DNA from: Dictyostelium discoideum
Lineage: Eukaryota
Assembly (NCBI GenBank): GCA_000004695.1
Contig: CM000151.3
Coordinates: forward strand, 2,336,001-2,400,000
Length of the DNA stretch: 64,000 nt
Direction of reading: 5' to 3'
The position numbers and the translations under genes are program-made. A model generated the notes under the pieces. That model made no database searches, had not been told where the DNA came from, and worked only from the letters and a program-made list of their open reading frames with translations. This document shows positions 14,685-28,354 of this stretch, piece by piece. The number at the start of each line of letters is the position of its first letter. Positions within the stretch are counted from its first letter, which is position 1.

Positions 14685-16527
14685 ATGTCAGTTCAATTAA
14701 AAGATGATTTAAACTTTCGTTTAAGAAGTAAAAAAGCATTAAAAAATAAAGATGGCACAGATGGTTGGTTTTTAGGTGTTTACGATGACGGTTGTATGTA
14801 TAAATAAAAAAAAAAAATAAAAAAAATTAAAAAAAAAATAAAAGAAATAAAAAAAATAAAAATTAATTATTTTATTTCTAATAATAATGAAAAAAAAAAA
14901 AAAAAAAAAAGTAATTTCAAATGGTGGTAATAAAAGTGATAAAACCATTTGGGTATTAAAGAGTGTTCAATCAAGTTTTAATATTATATCAAAAGATGGT
15001 AACTATTGTTTAGGTATTGATGATGGATTAAATATGATTACCAATGCTGACCCAAATGGTAATGGTTTATTCATTTTCGATTGGCAACCAAATGGTAGAG
15101 TATGTATTCAATCAGTTTTTCATGCTTCAAAAAAGAATAGAACTGGTAAATTTGGTCCACATTTAGGTGTTGATCCACAAGGTGGTTTAATTGGTAATGC
15201 TGGTACCGGTGAATGGGGTCAATGGGATATCATACCAATTAGTGAAAGTACAACAACAGTATCTCATTCATCACCTGATACCACCACCACCTCCACCTCC
15301 TCCTCTTCTTCCTCTTCAAAACCATCCGCACCACCTTCATCAAATGATAATAAACCAACAATTGTACCCTCTGCTCACCCATCAATTAAATTATTAACCG
15401 ATTTTGCTAAACATAGAGAATGTAAGTAAAATTAATATAAATATATAATAATGAAAATAAATTATTAAATTATAATTCTTTGTTATTATTATTATTATTA
15501 TTATTTAGTATGGGGTGAACAATTTTATGTTGAACAAAAATTTACAAAAACAGTTGATGCAAAATTGAAATTTATGGTAAGATTACCAAATTTACAAGTA
15601 AAGAAATGGAGTGTAATTGCATGTGCACCACCATCACCATTACAAACTCAAATGATAAAGAAAGCATCTTTAACCATTTATGATAATACTGGTAATAATG
15701 AAATTAGTAAAGGTCAATTAATTCAAGCAGGTAGTCATTATGTTATGAGAGCAATGGTAAAGGGCATTGCAAAACAACATAAGATCCATGCTCATTACGA
15801 TATAGAAGCCGACCTTTACAGTATCTCTTTGAAAAAGATTGTACCCGGTCAATTTATGCCAATGGTTCAACCATTGAATCCACAAGAGAGAGCATACTAT
15901 TTACAAACCACCAATTTCATCAATTATAATCAACCACAATTTCAACAATGGATTAGGGATAATCAATTGCATCCAATGCTATTGACTGATGGTACCGTTG
16001 AATCAGTGTTATGCTATGCATATAGGGTTTTCCTATTCATTAAATTACATTTTGATTATGTTTTAGCAAAAGATGTATTAAGTGGTCGTAAGGCAACCGA
16101 TACTATCAATGCTAAAAAGTCTGATTGTGGTGGTTTCTCAATTCTCTACTCTTCAATTCTTAGAATGCATGGTATACCAACTCGTATACTAATTGGTAGA
16201 TGGGCTTTATCAGGTACTGCCGATAAACAAAAGGTCCATGTTGTTGGTGAATTTTATGTTGATGGTTGTGGTTGGGTACCTTTTGATCCAGCTTGTGCAA
16301 TCACTGCTGATAAAACTGAACCTTTTACAAAATATTTCGCTCAAAACTCTGGTGAATTCATTACTATGCATGTTGAAACAGGTATTCATGGTATTGATAA
16401 TGGTATAGAATCTAAACATCAAACTATTGACTTTTTACAATCAATTTGTTATTGGGTTGATGGTGAAGGTAATTTCAATAATCAAGAATCTGAAAGTTTA
16501 TGGACTGTAACTCCTCAACAAAAATAA
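14685..16527 (+). CDS. Transglutaminase-like (Cys-His-Asp papain-fold) domain protein with an N-terminal beta-trefoil-like region and a Thr/Ser/Pro linker. Three exons: 14685-about 14790, about 14898-15423, about 15511-16527.
   Basis: Exon 1 MSVQLKDDLNFRLRSKKALKNKDGTDGWFLGVYDDG with a GTATGT donor. Exon 2 ISNGGNKSDKTIWVLKS...DGNYCLGIDDG...GEWGQWDII then a TTSTSSSSSS linker and a GTAAGT donor. Exon 3 carries the transglutaminase-like core CGGFSILYSSILRMHGIPTRILIGRW...HVVGEFYVDGCGWVPFDPA. Confidence 0.7.
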
Positions 16528-16790
16528 AACTTTCTTTTTATACATACTTACCTCTCTCTCTTTTTCTTTCCAAAAATTAAACTCTTTTTTTTTTCAAATC
16601 AATTCAAATTACATATAATATTATTATTATTACATATAGTAATAATAATAGTATAATTTAAATTTATTAAAAATAAAATAAAATAAAATAATAAAGTAAA
16701 AATTTTACTCAAAAAAAAAAAAAAAATACAAAAAAAAAAAAATCAAAAGTAATTATATATTTTACAATGGTATTTGAAATTTTGTTTTTA

Positions 16791-17343
16791 TTATAATTGT
16801 TTTTGTAAAGTTGCACTTAAATGATGAGTTAAATCAGTGGTTGTTGTAGTGGCCATATCCATTGTATATGAAAGAGTGTTGGCACTTTGATCAAATGTAA
16901 ATTTTCTAATAACATTTGTAGTATGTGGTGGTTTAGCAGTTGGTGTTCTTTGAATATTTGTTAATTTAAATGTAAGGATTTCATTATTTTCACCTGTAAT
17001 TTCTCCATCATATATCTCATTGATACCAGTTGGTTCTGAAATTACCAATTCAACCTTTCCATTTGGTGGAAATCTCATATATCCACTCTCTGAGTGTAAA
17101 GGTTGACCATTTACATTCCATGTTTTTTGTCTAATATTATATTAGTATGTTATTATCATTAAAATACATTATTATTACTATTATTTTATTATTGATTTAC
17201 TTACTGATAAAAAATAAATGGTTTACCATTGTTTGAGAATTCAATCTCTTCTGTATATGTGAATGGTGTAATGGTTGGATATTCACCCTTACCAGAACCT
17301 TTAAATTTGCCTAAAAGATATGATACTTTTGAAATATTACTCA
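16791..17343 (-). CDS. Nitrobindin / THAP4 C-terminal-like heme-binding beta-barrel (UPF0678, DUF1794) protein. Two exons: 17343-about 17194 and about 17123-16791.
   Basis: MSNISKVSYLLGKFKGSGKGEYPTITPFTYTEEIEFSNNGKPFIFYQ, then (GTAAGT intron) QKTWNVNGQPLHSESGYMRFPPNGKVELVISEPTG...TFDQSANTLSYTMDMATTTT. This matches the THAP4 nitrobindin domain (WEGEGKGEYPTIPSFRYGEEIRFSHSGKPVIAYTQKTW...HAESGYFRPRPDGSIEVVIAQSTG). Confidence 0.75.
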
Positions 17344-17364
17344 TTTGGTGATGTGCGAATTAAA

Positions 17365-17397
<33 letters not shown>

Positions 17398-17563
17398 TGA
17401 AATTTACAAATTTAATTTAAAAAAAAAAAAAAAAAAAAGGATTTTAAATAAAAAATATAAAGTAAAATAAAATTTTAATTTCTAAGATTACAAATAGTTA
17501 TTTATTGTTTGTTTATTTTTTTTTTAATTTTTTTTTTTTTTAAATTAAATAATAATATTAAAT

Positions 17564-18565
17564 TTATTGACAACCAAAGATTTGGAGTAAACCTGGAAGA
17601 GCGCCTTGCATACCTTTACCAACAGCAACAAAAGACCAATTGTTTGGATTTGATGGATCACGATAAACTTCACCAGCAATGAGGGCAGTGTTTGGACCAC
17701 CTTCTTGAGAGAGATCGTAACGACAGATATTTCTACCAGTTTCTTGATTGGCAACACGAATGAAAGCTCTTGGTACCATTGTAAAGTTTTGTCTTCTTTC
17801 ATCGGCTAAATGAATGGTGACAGCGAAAACCAAACGAGTGACGTCTGGTGAAACTGCTTGTAAGTTTACGAGGACAACTTCATCATCACCTTCACCTTGA
17901 CCTGTTAAATTATCACCTTGATGAGAAACAGAGTTATCTCTTGATACCTTGTTATTGTAGAAAATGAAATCTTGTGAGGTTCTAACTCTACCTTGTGCAT
18001 TCAACATGAAAACAACTGCATCCAAATCGAATGGTGCAGTTGGTGTGGTGTTTACATCCCAACCTAAACCAATTGTTAATTTTCTAAGAGTTGGATCTTC
18101 TTTAGTTAATGAAATTTGTTGATTCTTTACTAATGAAATACCTGCACCTCCTGGTGGTGGTGGTGGTGCGCCATATTGTCCTGCTGGTTGTGGTGCACCA
18201 TATTGTCCTGCTGGTTGTGGTGCACCATATTGTCCTGCTGGTTGTGGTGCTCCGTATTGACCGGCTGGTTGTTGTTGTGGTGGTGCTCCATATTGACCGG
18301 CTGGTTGTTGTTGTGGTGGATAACCTCCTGGTGCTCCTGGTGGTGGTGGAGTTGGATAACCTCCTGGTTGTTGTGGTGCTCCAGTTGGTGGTCTTTGTTG
18401 TTGTTGTGGTGGATAGCCTCCTGGTGTTTGTGTAGTATTAGATGGTTGTGGTGGTAAAAATTGATTAGCTTGTGGGTTTGGGTTTGATACACCCGGTGTG
18501 GATGATGGTTGTCTATAATAATTATTATTACCTTGTGAACCAGATGGTGGTGGTGGGTTATACAT
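17564..18565 (-). CDS. TerD-domain protein of the Dictyostelium CABP1 (cAMP-binding protein, capA/capB) family. N-terminal Pro/Gly/Tyr/Gln-rich repeats plus a C-terminal TerD/tellurite-resistance-like domain. Single exon.
   Basis: N-terminal GGYPPQQQ and 5x PAGQYGAPQ repeats (27-bp DNA repeats at about 18175-18300). The C-terminal domain ([22 protein letters not shown]...[16 protein letters not shown]...DEVVLVNL...FAVTIH) matches the TerD fold described for CABP1. Confidence 0.8.
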
Positions 18566-19239
18566 TTTTATTTTTTATATATATAAATTATATATTCTAT
18601 TAGAAAAAAAAAAAAAAAAGAAAAAAGAAAAAAAAAAAAAAAAAAAATGAAAATTAATAATTTGAAAATTAAAAAAAAAAAAAAAAATAAAAGAAAAATA
18701 AATAAAAAATAAAAAATAATAATTTAAAATAAATAAAATTTTAAATTAAAAAAAAAAAAAATAAAAATGGTGAAAATTTTGAAAGTGATAATATTAGATA
18801 TTTATTGTTTAATATTTACACTGTTGTATGTGGAATAGTTTTTTTATTTTTTAGAATTTTTTTTTTTTTTTCATTATTTTTTTTTTTATTGTTTTTAATT
18901 TTTTTTTTTTTTTTTCAATAAAATTTTTTGCTGATATCTCACAAAAGTCTAAAATTCTAAGGTCACCCTCACAAAAAAATGATCAATGGCTGTTTAATTA
19001 TTAATGCCACCAATACGGAGTGAATTATTATTATAATATATTCATTGAATAATTTTTTTTTTTTTTTTTTTTTTTTTTATTTTTTTTATTTTTTTTATTT
19101 TTTTTTTTTATTTTAATTTATTTGAAAATTTTAATACAAAACAAATAAAATTATTTTTAAAAAAAACTTGGTAAATGATCATTTATTTATTTTTTTTTTA
19201 AAATTTTATTTCTTGTCTAACACCAGAGTCTGAAAATTT

Positions 19240-19284
<45 letters not shown>

Positions 19285-19910
19285 TTTTTTAAACCAACAA
19301 AAAATCAATTTTCCTTAAATTTAATTAAAGAGTTATTTATTGCACTGAAATGATTTATTGTAATTGTATAATTTTTTTTTTTTTTTTATTTTTTTTTGAA
19401 TTATATGATTTATTAATATCACCAACTTTTTGTAAAATAATAAATTATATTTTTTTTTTCTAGAATCGGAGTGGTACCCAAATATAGCTTTTTTTTTTTT
19501 TTTTGAAAAATTATTAAAATTTAATTTATTGGAACGGTGATTCCATCATAAACAAAAACAAATAAAATAAATAAAATTTTAATATTTTTTTCTTTCGGGA
19601 ATGTGTGTGTATTTTCCAAAAAAAAAAAAAATATTCTGTTTTTTTTAAAAAAAAGAAATTAATTTTTTATAGGAACCAAAATTGCGCTAAAAATTTAAAA
19701 AAAAATAAAAAATTCAAATTTTTTTTTTTTTTTTTTTTACTTTTTTTTTTTTTTTTTATTATTATTTATAACAAATAAATATTATTTTTTAATTTTATTA
19801 TTCATATTATATAATTTTGGATTGATTTCAAAACTTAATAAAATCTCATTGTACATTAAATTTTATAAAATAAAATAAAAAAAAAAAAAATTAAAAAATA
19901 AAAAATAAAA

Positions 19911-20082
19911 ATGGAAGAAATTAATAAAAAAGATACATTCATTGAACCAATTCTCAAAGAAAATAAAGATAGATTTGTATTATTTCCAATAAAATACCCA
20001 GATATCTGGAGAATGTATAAAAAAGCCCTTGCAAGTCATTGGGTAGCTGAAGAAATTGATCTTGGTAAATTATCTATACATA

Positions 20083-20179
<97 letters not shown>

Positions 20180-20489
20180 GTATATATTAATTTATTAATT
20201 AATTTTATTAATTTTATTATTAGGTAATGATAATGTTGATTGGGAATATAAATTAACAGATAATGAACGTCATTTCATCTCACATGTTTTGGCATTTTTT
20301 GCTGCATCTGATGGTATTGTAAATGAAAACCTTGCAACTAGATTTATGTCTGAAGTACAAATTCCAGAAGCAAGATGTTTCTATGGTTTTCAAATTGCAA
20401 TTGAAAATATACATTCTGAAACTTATAGGTAAATATTTATCATATATATATATAAAGTTTTAATAAAGAAAAAGTAGATTCTAATATAT

Positions 20490-20555
<66 letters not shown>

Positions 20556-21213
20556 TCTTTTAATTGAAACTTATATTAAAGATAAGCAAACTAAAGATAA
20601 ATTATTTAATGCAATTGAAACAATTCCATGTATTAAAAAGAAGGCAGAATGGGCATTAAGATGGATAAATGATTCAGATTCATTTGCAGAACGTTTGGTT
20701 GCATTTGCAGCAGTTGAGGGTATATTTTTCAGTGGAAGTTTTTGTTCAATATTTTGGTTGAAAAAGAGAGGTTTAATGCAAGGTTTAACATTTTCAAATG
20801 AATTAATTTCACGTGACGAAGGTTTACATTGTGATTTCGCATGTCTTCTCTACACAAAGTTACAAAGAAAGTTGGATCCAAAAGTCATTGAGAAAATGAT
20901 AAGAGATGCTGTCGAATGTGAAAAGGAATTCATTTGCGAATCATTACCAGTGGATTTAATTGGTATGAACTCGCGTTCAATGTCTCAATACATTGAGTTT
21001 TGTGCTGATCGTTTAGTGGTTTCTTTAGGTTACAAAAAGATTTTCAACTCTTCAAATCCTTTCGAATGGATGGAAATGATTTCTTTACAAAGAAAATCAA
21101 ACTTTTTCGAAGGCAAAGTTGCAGAATACGCTAAAACTGGTGTTGCAATTCAAGGAAATAATCAACAAAAAAATAATCAATCAAGAACTTTAGTTTTAGA
21201 TGAAGATTTTTAA
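19911..21213 (+). CDS. rnrB: Ribonucleoside-diphosphate reductase small subunit (R2). Three exons: 19911-20064, 20224-20428, 20556-21213.
   Basis: [32 protein letters not shown] | [37 protein letters not shown]...[14 protein letters not shown] | LLIETYIKD...[49 protein letters not shown], which are classic R2 motifs. Donors GTAAAT and GTAAAT; acceptors tattag and tttttag. Intron 1 contains a long (ATT)n at 20090-20185. Confidence 0.9.
20090..20185. repeat. (ATT)n microsatellite in rnrB intron 1.
   Basis: About 32 units, read directly. Confidence 0.9.
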
Positions 21214-21718
21214 AAAAAAACTTTTTATTTTTTTTTTTTCTTTTTTCAGTAGTGTTTCATTTGATAGATATTTAAAAATTGTGTTTTGAAAAAAAAAAAA
21301 AAAATAAAAAAAAAATAAATAAAAAATAAAAAAAATTAAATAAATTAAAACCTATGATTTTTTTAATTAAATAAAATTTTAATTGTTTTCATTTTTTATT
21401 TATTTTTTTTTATTTTTTTTTGTTTGGATAATTTCCTTTATTTGCATTTTTTTATTTTTTTATTTTTTTATTTTTTTTTTTTTTTTTAATAAAAAGAATA
21501 ATACAATTAAATACTTTACGAAAGATATTTTTAAAATAAAAAATCCTCTTCAATCATTTTTTGATCATAAATACACAAAATTATATGGTTTTTTTTATTT
21601 TTGTATTTTAAAAATAGACATTAAAAAAAAAAAAAAAAAAAAAAAAATTATAATTTTTCATTATTTTTTTTTTTTTTTTGTGTAAGGTATCTGGTGGATA
21701 ATCTAGAAATATAAAAAC

Positions 21719-21755
21719 ACCCGAACCATTCTTTTGTTTGGGTTCGGGATTAATT
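21719..21755. repeat. Short GC-rich imperfect inverted repeat (cccgaacc...ggttcggg) between rnrB and tkt. Its sequence resembles the TIRs of the MITE-like element at 55384-55628.
   Basis: acacccgaaccattcttttgtttgggttcgggatt, compared with the MITE TIR acacccgtccaaca / tgttggacgggtga. Confidence 0.4.
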
Positions 21756-21974
21756 TAGTTGTTTGCAGTGAGAGTGGAAAATTTTATTTTTTTTTATTTT
21801 TTATTTTTTTTATTTTTTTTTATTTTTCGAAATACACACCAAATTGATTTTCAAATTTAATTTAAAAAAAAAAAAAAATTAAAAAATTTCATTTCATTTC
21901 ACCAATTATTGTTGTAAAATTTTTAATTAAAAAAATTAAAAAAAAAAAACAAATAACATATATATATATAAATA

Positions 21975-24086
21975 ATGTCAAACATTGATTTTAAAGCATT
22001 AGAAAGAGCAGCAAATGAAACTAGAGGTTTAAGCATGGATGCAGTTGCCAAAGCTGCCTCTGGTCATTTAGGTTTACCACTTGGTTCTGCTGAAATTGGT
22101 GCTGCATTATTTGGTAATTCATTGATCTATAACCCAAAAGATGTATGTAAAAAAAAAAAAAAAAAAAAAAATATAAATTTTAATAAAAAGTACTTATATT
22201 TATATATTTAAATTTTTATTATTATTTTTTTATTTTGTTTTTTTTTTTTTTTTTTTAAATAAATAAAGACAAGATGGTTAAATAGAGATTATTTTGTATT
22301 AAGTGCAGGTCATGGTTCAATGTTTTTATATAGTTGGTTACATTTATCAGGATATGATGTTTCAATTGAAGATATTAAAAATTTCAGACAATTAAATTCA
22401 AAGACACCAGGTCATCCAAAATTTCATGACACACCAGGCGTTGAAGCTACCACTGGTCCATTAGGTCAAGGTATTGCAAATGCCGTTGGTATTGCATCAG
22501 CATGTAAAATGGCAGCAGGTAAATTCAATACTGAACAACATCAAATCTTTAATCAAAAGGTAGTAGTTTTAGTTGGTGATGGTTGTTTACAAGAAGGTAT
22601 TTCACAAGAGGCCATTTCATTCGCTGGTCATCATCGTTTAGATAACTTGATCGTATTCTACGATTCAAACGATGTCACATTGGATGCTATGGCAATTGAA
22701 ACCCAATCAGAGGATGCCGTAAAGAGATTCGAAAGTGTTGGATTCGAAGTACAATTAGTATTAGAAGGTAACAACATTGGCTCATTAATCAACGCCTATC
22801 AAAATGCTAAACACTCCAAATCCGGTAAACCACAAATCATCATTTGTAAGACTACAATCGCCAAGGGTATCCCAGAGGTTGCTGGTACCAATAAAGGTCA
22901 TGGTGAAGCTGGTGTTAAATTTATCGATTCCGCTCGTAAGAATCTCGGTCTCCCAGAAGAGAAATTCTTTGTCAGCGGTGAAACCAGACAATACTTTGAA
23001 CAACATGAAAAACAATTAGAAAAGCTCTACCAAGAATGGCAAGCAACCTTTGCCGAATGGAAATCTGCCAATCCAAAGCTTGCCCAACTCTTGGAAAGTG
23101 CTCATGAAAAACACGAAGCTATCGATATCATGAAACAAATCCCAGAGTTCCCAACCACACCAATCATTGCCACTCGTAAGGCTGGTAGCGACGTTTTACA
23201 ACCAATCTCTCAATACCTCCCATTATCAGTCAGTGGTAGTGCCGATTTACATGGCTCCACCTTGAATTACATCAAAGAGGGTAGAGATTTCACACCAGCT
23301 TGTCCAACTGGTCGTAATATTAAGTTTGGTATTCGTGAACATGCTATGGGTGCCATGATGAATGGTATCGCCTACCATGGTCTTTTCAAAGTTTCAGGTG
23401 CCACCTTTTTGGTATTCTCAGACTATCTTCGTCCAGCCATCCGTTTGGCTGCTCTCTCACATTTACCAGTAGTTTACATTTTCACTCATGACTCTGTTGG
23501 TGTTGGTGAAGATGGTCCAACTCATCAACCAGTTGAAACCGTTTCAGGTCTTCGTATGATTCCAAACTTGGATGTCATTCGTCCAGCCGATCCAGAAGAA
23601 ACAGCTGCTGCTTTCTCTTTGGCTTATGCTCGTGCCGATGGTCCAACCCTTTTATCATTAACTCGTCAAAATCTTCCATTCCTCCCAGGTACCGCTCAAA
23701 AGAAGAGAGAAGGTACTCTCAGAGGTGGTTACATTGTCGTTAGTGAAACCGCTCCATTAAGAATGATCTTAATTGCCACTGGTTCAGAAGTTCAACATTG
23801 TGTTGAAGCCGCTAAATTATTAGGTGATGATATTCGTGTCGTCTCTATGCCATGCACTGAACTTTTCGATCGTCAATCAAATGAATACAAACAATCCGTA
23901 CTTCCAAGTGGTTGTAGAAATCGTATCGCTATGGAAGCTGGTGTCACTTCATTCTGGTATAAATATGTTGGTCTTGATGGTAAAGTCATTGGTATTGATA
24001 GATTTGGTATGTCTGCACCAGGTAATGCCGTTATGAAACAATTAGGTATGACTTCTGAAAATTTAGTAAACATTTCAAAACAATAA
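21975..24086 (+). CDS. tkt: Transketolase, about 661 aa. Two exons: 21975-22142 and 22269-24086.
   Basis: [56 protein letters not shown] | [30 protein letters not shown]...[29 protein letters not shown]...[44 protein letters not shown] donor at 22143, acceptor aaataaag at 22268. Confidence 0.9.
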
Positions 24087-24285
24087 AAATAAAATAAAAT
24101 AAATCAAAATCAAAATCTAAATTAAATTATTAAAAAAAAAAAAAAAAAAAAAACCTAAAATTAGTTTTTTTAATCTTTCGTTGTGTTTTGGGAAATTTAT
24201 TTTATTTTTTTTTTTTATTTTTTTATTTTTTTTTTATTTTTTTTTTTTTTTGTGTGTTTATAAGTTGAAAAAAAAAAAAAGAATT

Positions 24286-25824
<1,539 letters not shown>

Positions 25825-25854
25825 TAAATAAAATAGTTTTTAAATATTTTTATT

Positions 25855-27062
25855 TTATTTTTTTAATTGATTTCTTTTTTTCCAAGATTTTAAAACTTCT
25901 GCATCATTTTGATTCATTGCAATTATACCAACTAAACGACAAATTGGAGCTAAAAGGATATCAAAGAAAGAGAAATAGAATGGGGTGAGACCTGGTGATA
26001 ATACAGCACAAAGTTTAGTTGGAACATCGTAGGCGATATGATAATCGCCATTTTTAATACCACTAACGATTGATTTAGCAACTTCCAATGGTGATACTGC
26101 TTTACCTCCACCACTGATTGCAACGGTTTCTTCTGGTTTTGTGAGATTCTCTTGTTGATATCCTGGTGTATCGGTATCTGGTGGATAAACAACAGAGAAT
26201 GTAATTTTATATGGTTTCAATTCTGATCTTAATGTTTCAGCTAATCCCCTCAATGCGAATTTCGATGGGCAATAAGTTGAATAACCTGGTACACCCACTA
26301 AACCACATGTTGACGATACGAATACAATGTGACCACCTTGACCACCATTTTCAATCATTAATGGTACAACTTCTTTGGTTGCATATAATGATCCGAAATA
26401 ATCTAATTGCATTGTCTTTTCAAAGATTTCTTCATCTTGTTCAATGAAATATCCTGGAATCGCAAATCCTGCACAATTTATTAAACAATCAATTTTACCA
26501 CCTTGATTCTTTGATACAATTTGTGCAATGGTTTCTTTAACTTTAATTTTATTTGTAATATCACATGAATAAATTTCAATTTTTGATTTTAATGACTAAA
26601 TATTAAATTTTAAAAATTAAAAAATTAAAAAAAAAATAAAAAATTGAAAAAAAAAAAAAAAAGTGGAAGAAATTGGAATAAAAAAAAAAAAAAAAAAAAT
26701 GGAAATGAAAGAATAAAATAAAAAAAAATGAAAAAAATAAAAAATTAGTAATTGAAGATTTTTTTAAAAAAAAAAAAAAAAAAAAATTAAATAAATACTC
26801 CAACATTTAAAGGTGTGGATTTTGTACATACTTCAGATGGACAATCATCAACAACTGATCTTAATTTATCTAAACTTCTTGAAATAACTGAAATACTAGC
26901 AATATTTTCTTTTAATAATTCATAAACTAATTCTTTACCAATTCCACTTGATCCACCAACAACAACAATATGTTTACCCTTTAATTTGAACCCTGTTTGT
27001 TTCTTATACACCAAATGGACAATAACTGCTGCTAATAATGAAAATAAAATATAAATAATCAT
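25855..27062 (-). CDS. ksrA: 3-ketodihydrosphingosine reductase (KDSR/Tsc10, SDR family). Two exons: 27062-26799 and 26595-25855.
   Basis: MIIYILFSLLAAVIVHLVYKK...GKHIVVVGGSSGIGKELVYELLK | ...KIDCLINCAGFAIPGYFIEQDEEIFEKTMQLDYFGSLYATKEVVPLM...[62 protein letters not shown]. This aligns closely with human KDSR (HVVVTGGSSGIGK...VNCAG...[39 protein letters not shown]). Confidence 0.85.
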
Positions 27063-27351
27063 TTTATTATTATTATTTTTATTATTTCACTATTTAGAAG
27101 TATTTTTTTTTTATTATTTTTTTTTTTTTATTTTTTTTTTTTGGCTAACTAAATAAATTATTTTCACAAAAAAAAAGAAAAAATAAAAAAAATATAAAAT
27201 AAAATAAAATATAAAAAAAAATCAAAAAAAAAAAAAAAAAAAAAAAAAAATCAAAAAAAAAAAAAAAAAAATTTTAATTGAAATTTTAAGGATTGCGTAA
27301 TTTATTCATTTCAAAGCGAGAAAAACAAACTCTTTATATAAACAAAAGAAA

Positions 27352-27876
27352 ATGAGTACAAACAATAACAATACAAATTCAACCAATCCACAACCACAAC
27401 AACCACAACAACCTCAAAATAATGGTGATGTTTTAATAGGAAATGTAGTTCAAAATTTATTAGAGCAAATGGTAAGAGCAACACCACTGCAACCCAAAAA
27501 CAATTATTACCTATATATTTATTTTACCTTTTATATTTAATGTTCTAATTTCTTTTATTTTATTTTATTTTTTTTTATTTTTTCAGCAATCTAGATTTGA
27601 AAAAGTATCAGAATCAATTTTAACCAGAAGTATGTAATAGTTTTTCATTTTTTTTTTTTCTTTTTTTTACATATTATACTAATATATATTTTATTTTTAT
27701 TTTTATTTTTAAAAATTAAATAATAAAAAGTTGACGAAATGGGACAAAGAATTGATGAATTAGATAAATCAATTTCAGATTTAATGTTACAAGCACAACA
27801 ACAAAAACAAATTCAACAACAACAACAATCTCAACAAGAATCATCCGACCAAAATAACGAAAATCAATCAAATTAA
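27352..27876 (+). CDS. hsbp1: Heat shock factor-binding protein 1 (HSBP1) homolog. Three exons: 27352-27471, 27587-27629, 27731-27876.
   Basis: Spliced product ...NGDVLIGNVVQNLLEQM QSRFEKVSESILTR IDEMGQRIDELDKSISDLMLQAQQQK... matches the HSBP1 coiled coil ([45 protein letters not shown]). Donors GTAAGA and GTATGT. Confidence 0.75.
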
Positions 27877-28354
27877 TTATCAATAATATTTGTGTATAGT
27901 TAATAATTTATAGTAATATACCTTTTGGGGAAAAAAAAAAAGAAAAAAAAAAAAAGCTAATCATATAATAAAAAAAAAAAAATTGTAAAATAAAACGGAA
28001 TTGGGTTTTTTTTAAATATAAATGCAAAAATAAATTTGTTATTCAATTAATATAGATATTTTTTTTAATCATTTCTTTTTCTAAACATTTTATTTGGGGG
28101 TCAATAAAGACATTCCATCTTTTTTTTGATTATGATAAAGCCAAGATTTTTTTTTATTTTTAAAATTTTTTTTTTCACTGCTCGGAGATATTTTTTTTAT
28201 TTTATTTTTATTTTATTTTATTTTTATTTTAAAATTTTTTTTTTTTTTTAAAAATAAAATGATCAAATCAATTTTTTTTTTTATAATAAAATGATCAAAT
28301 CAATTTTTTTTTTTTTTTTTTTATTCATTATATTTGCAATAACTCCAATAATTT

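Noticed and set aside
16193-16422. Small ORFs on both strands inside the transglutaminase-like exon 3, and 22785-23019 and 23824-24073 inside transketolase
   Set aside because: They are nested in, or antisense to, strongly supported coding exons. Their codon usage does not match.
17545-17802. 85-aa minus-strand ORF overlapping the 3' end of the CABP1-like gene in another frame
   Set aside because: It is an alternative frame of a well-supported CDS (TerD domain) and has no independent support.
21719-21755. Possible tRNA because of the GGTTCGGG T-arm-like sequence
   Set aside because: No acceptor stem, D-arm or anticodon arm could be built. It is a simple palindrome (cccgaacc/ggttcggg). I kept it as a possible MITE-related footprint instead.
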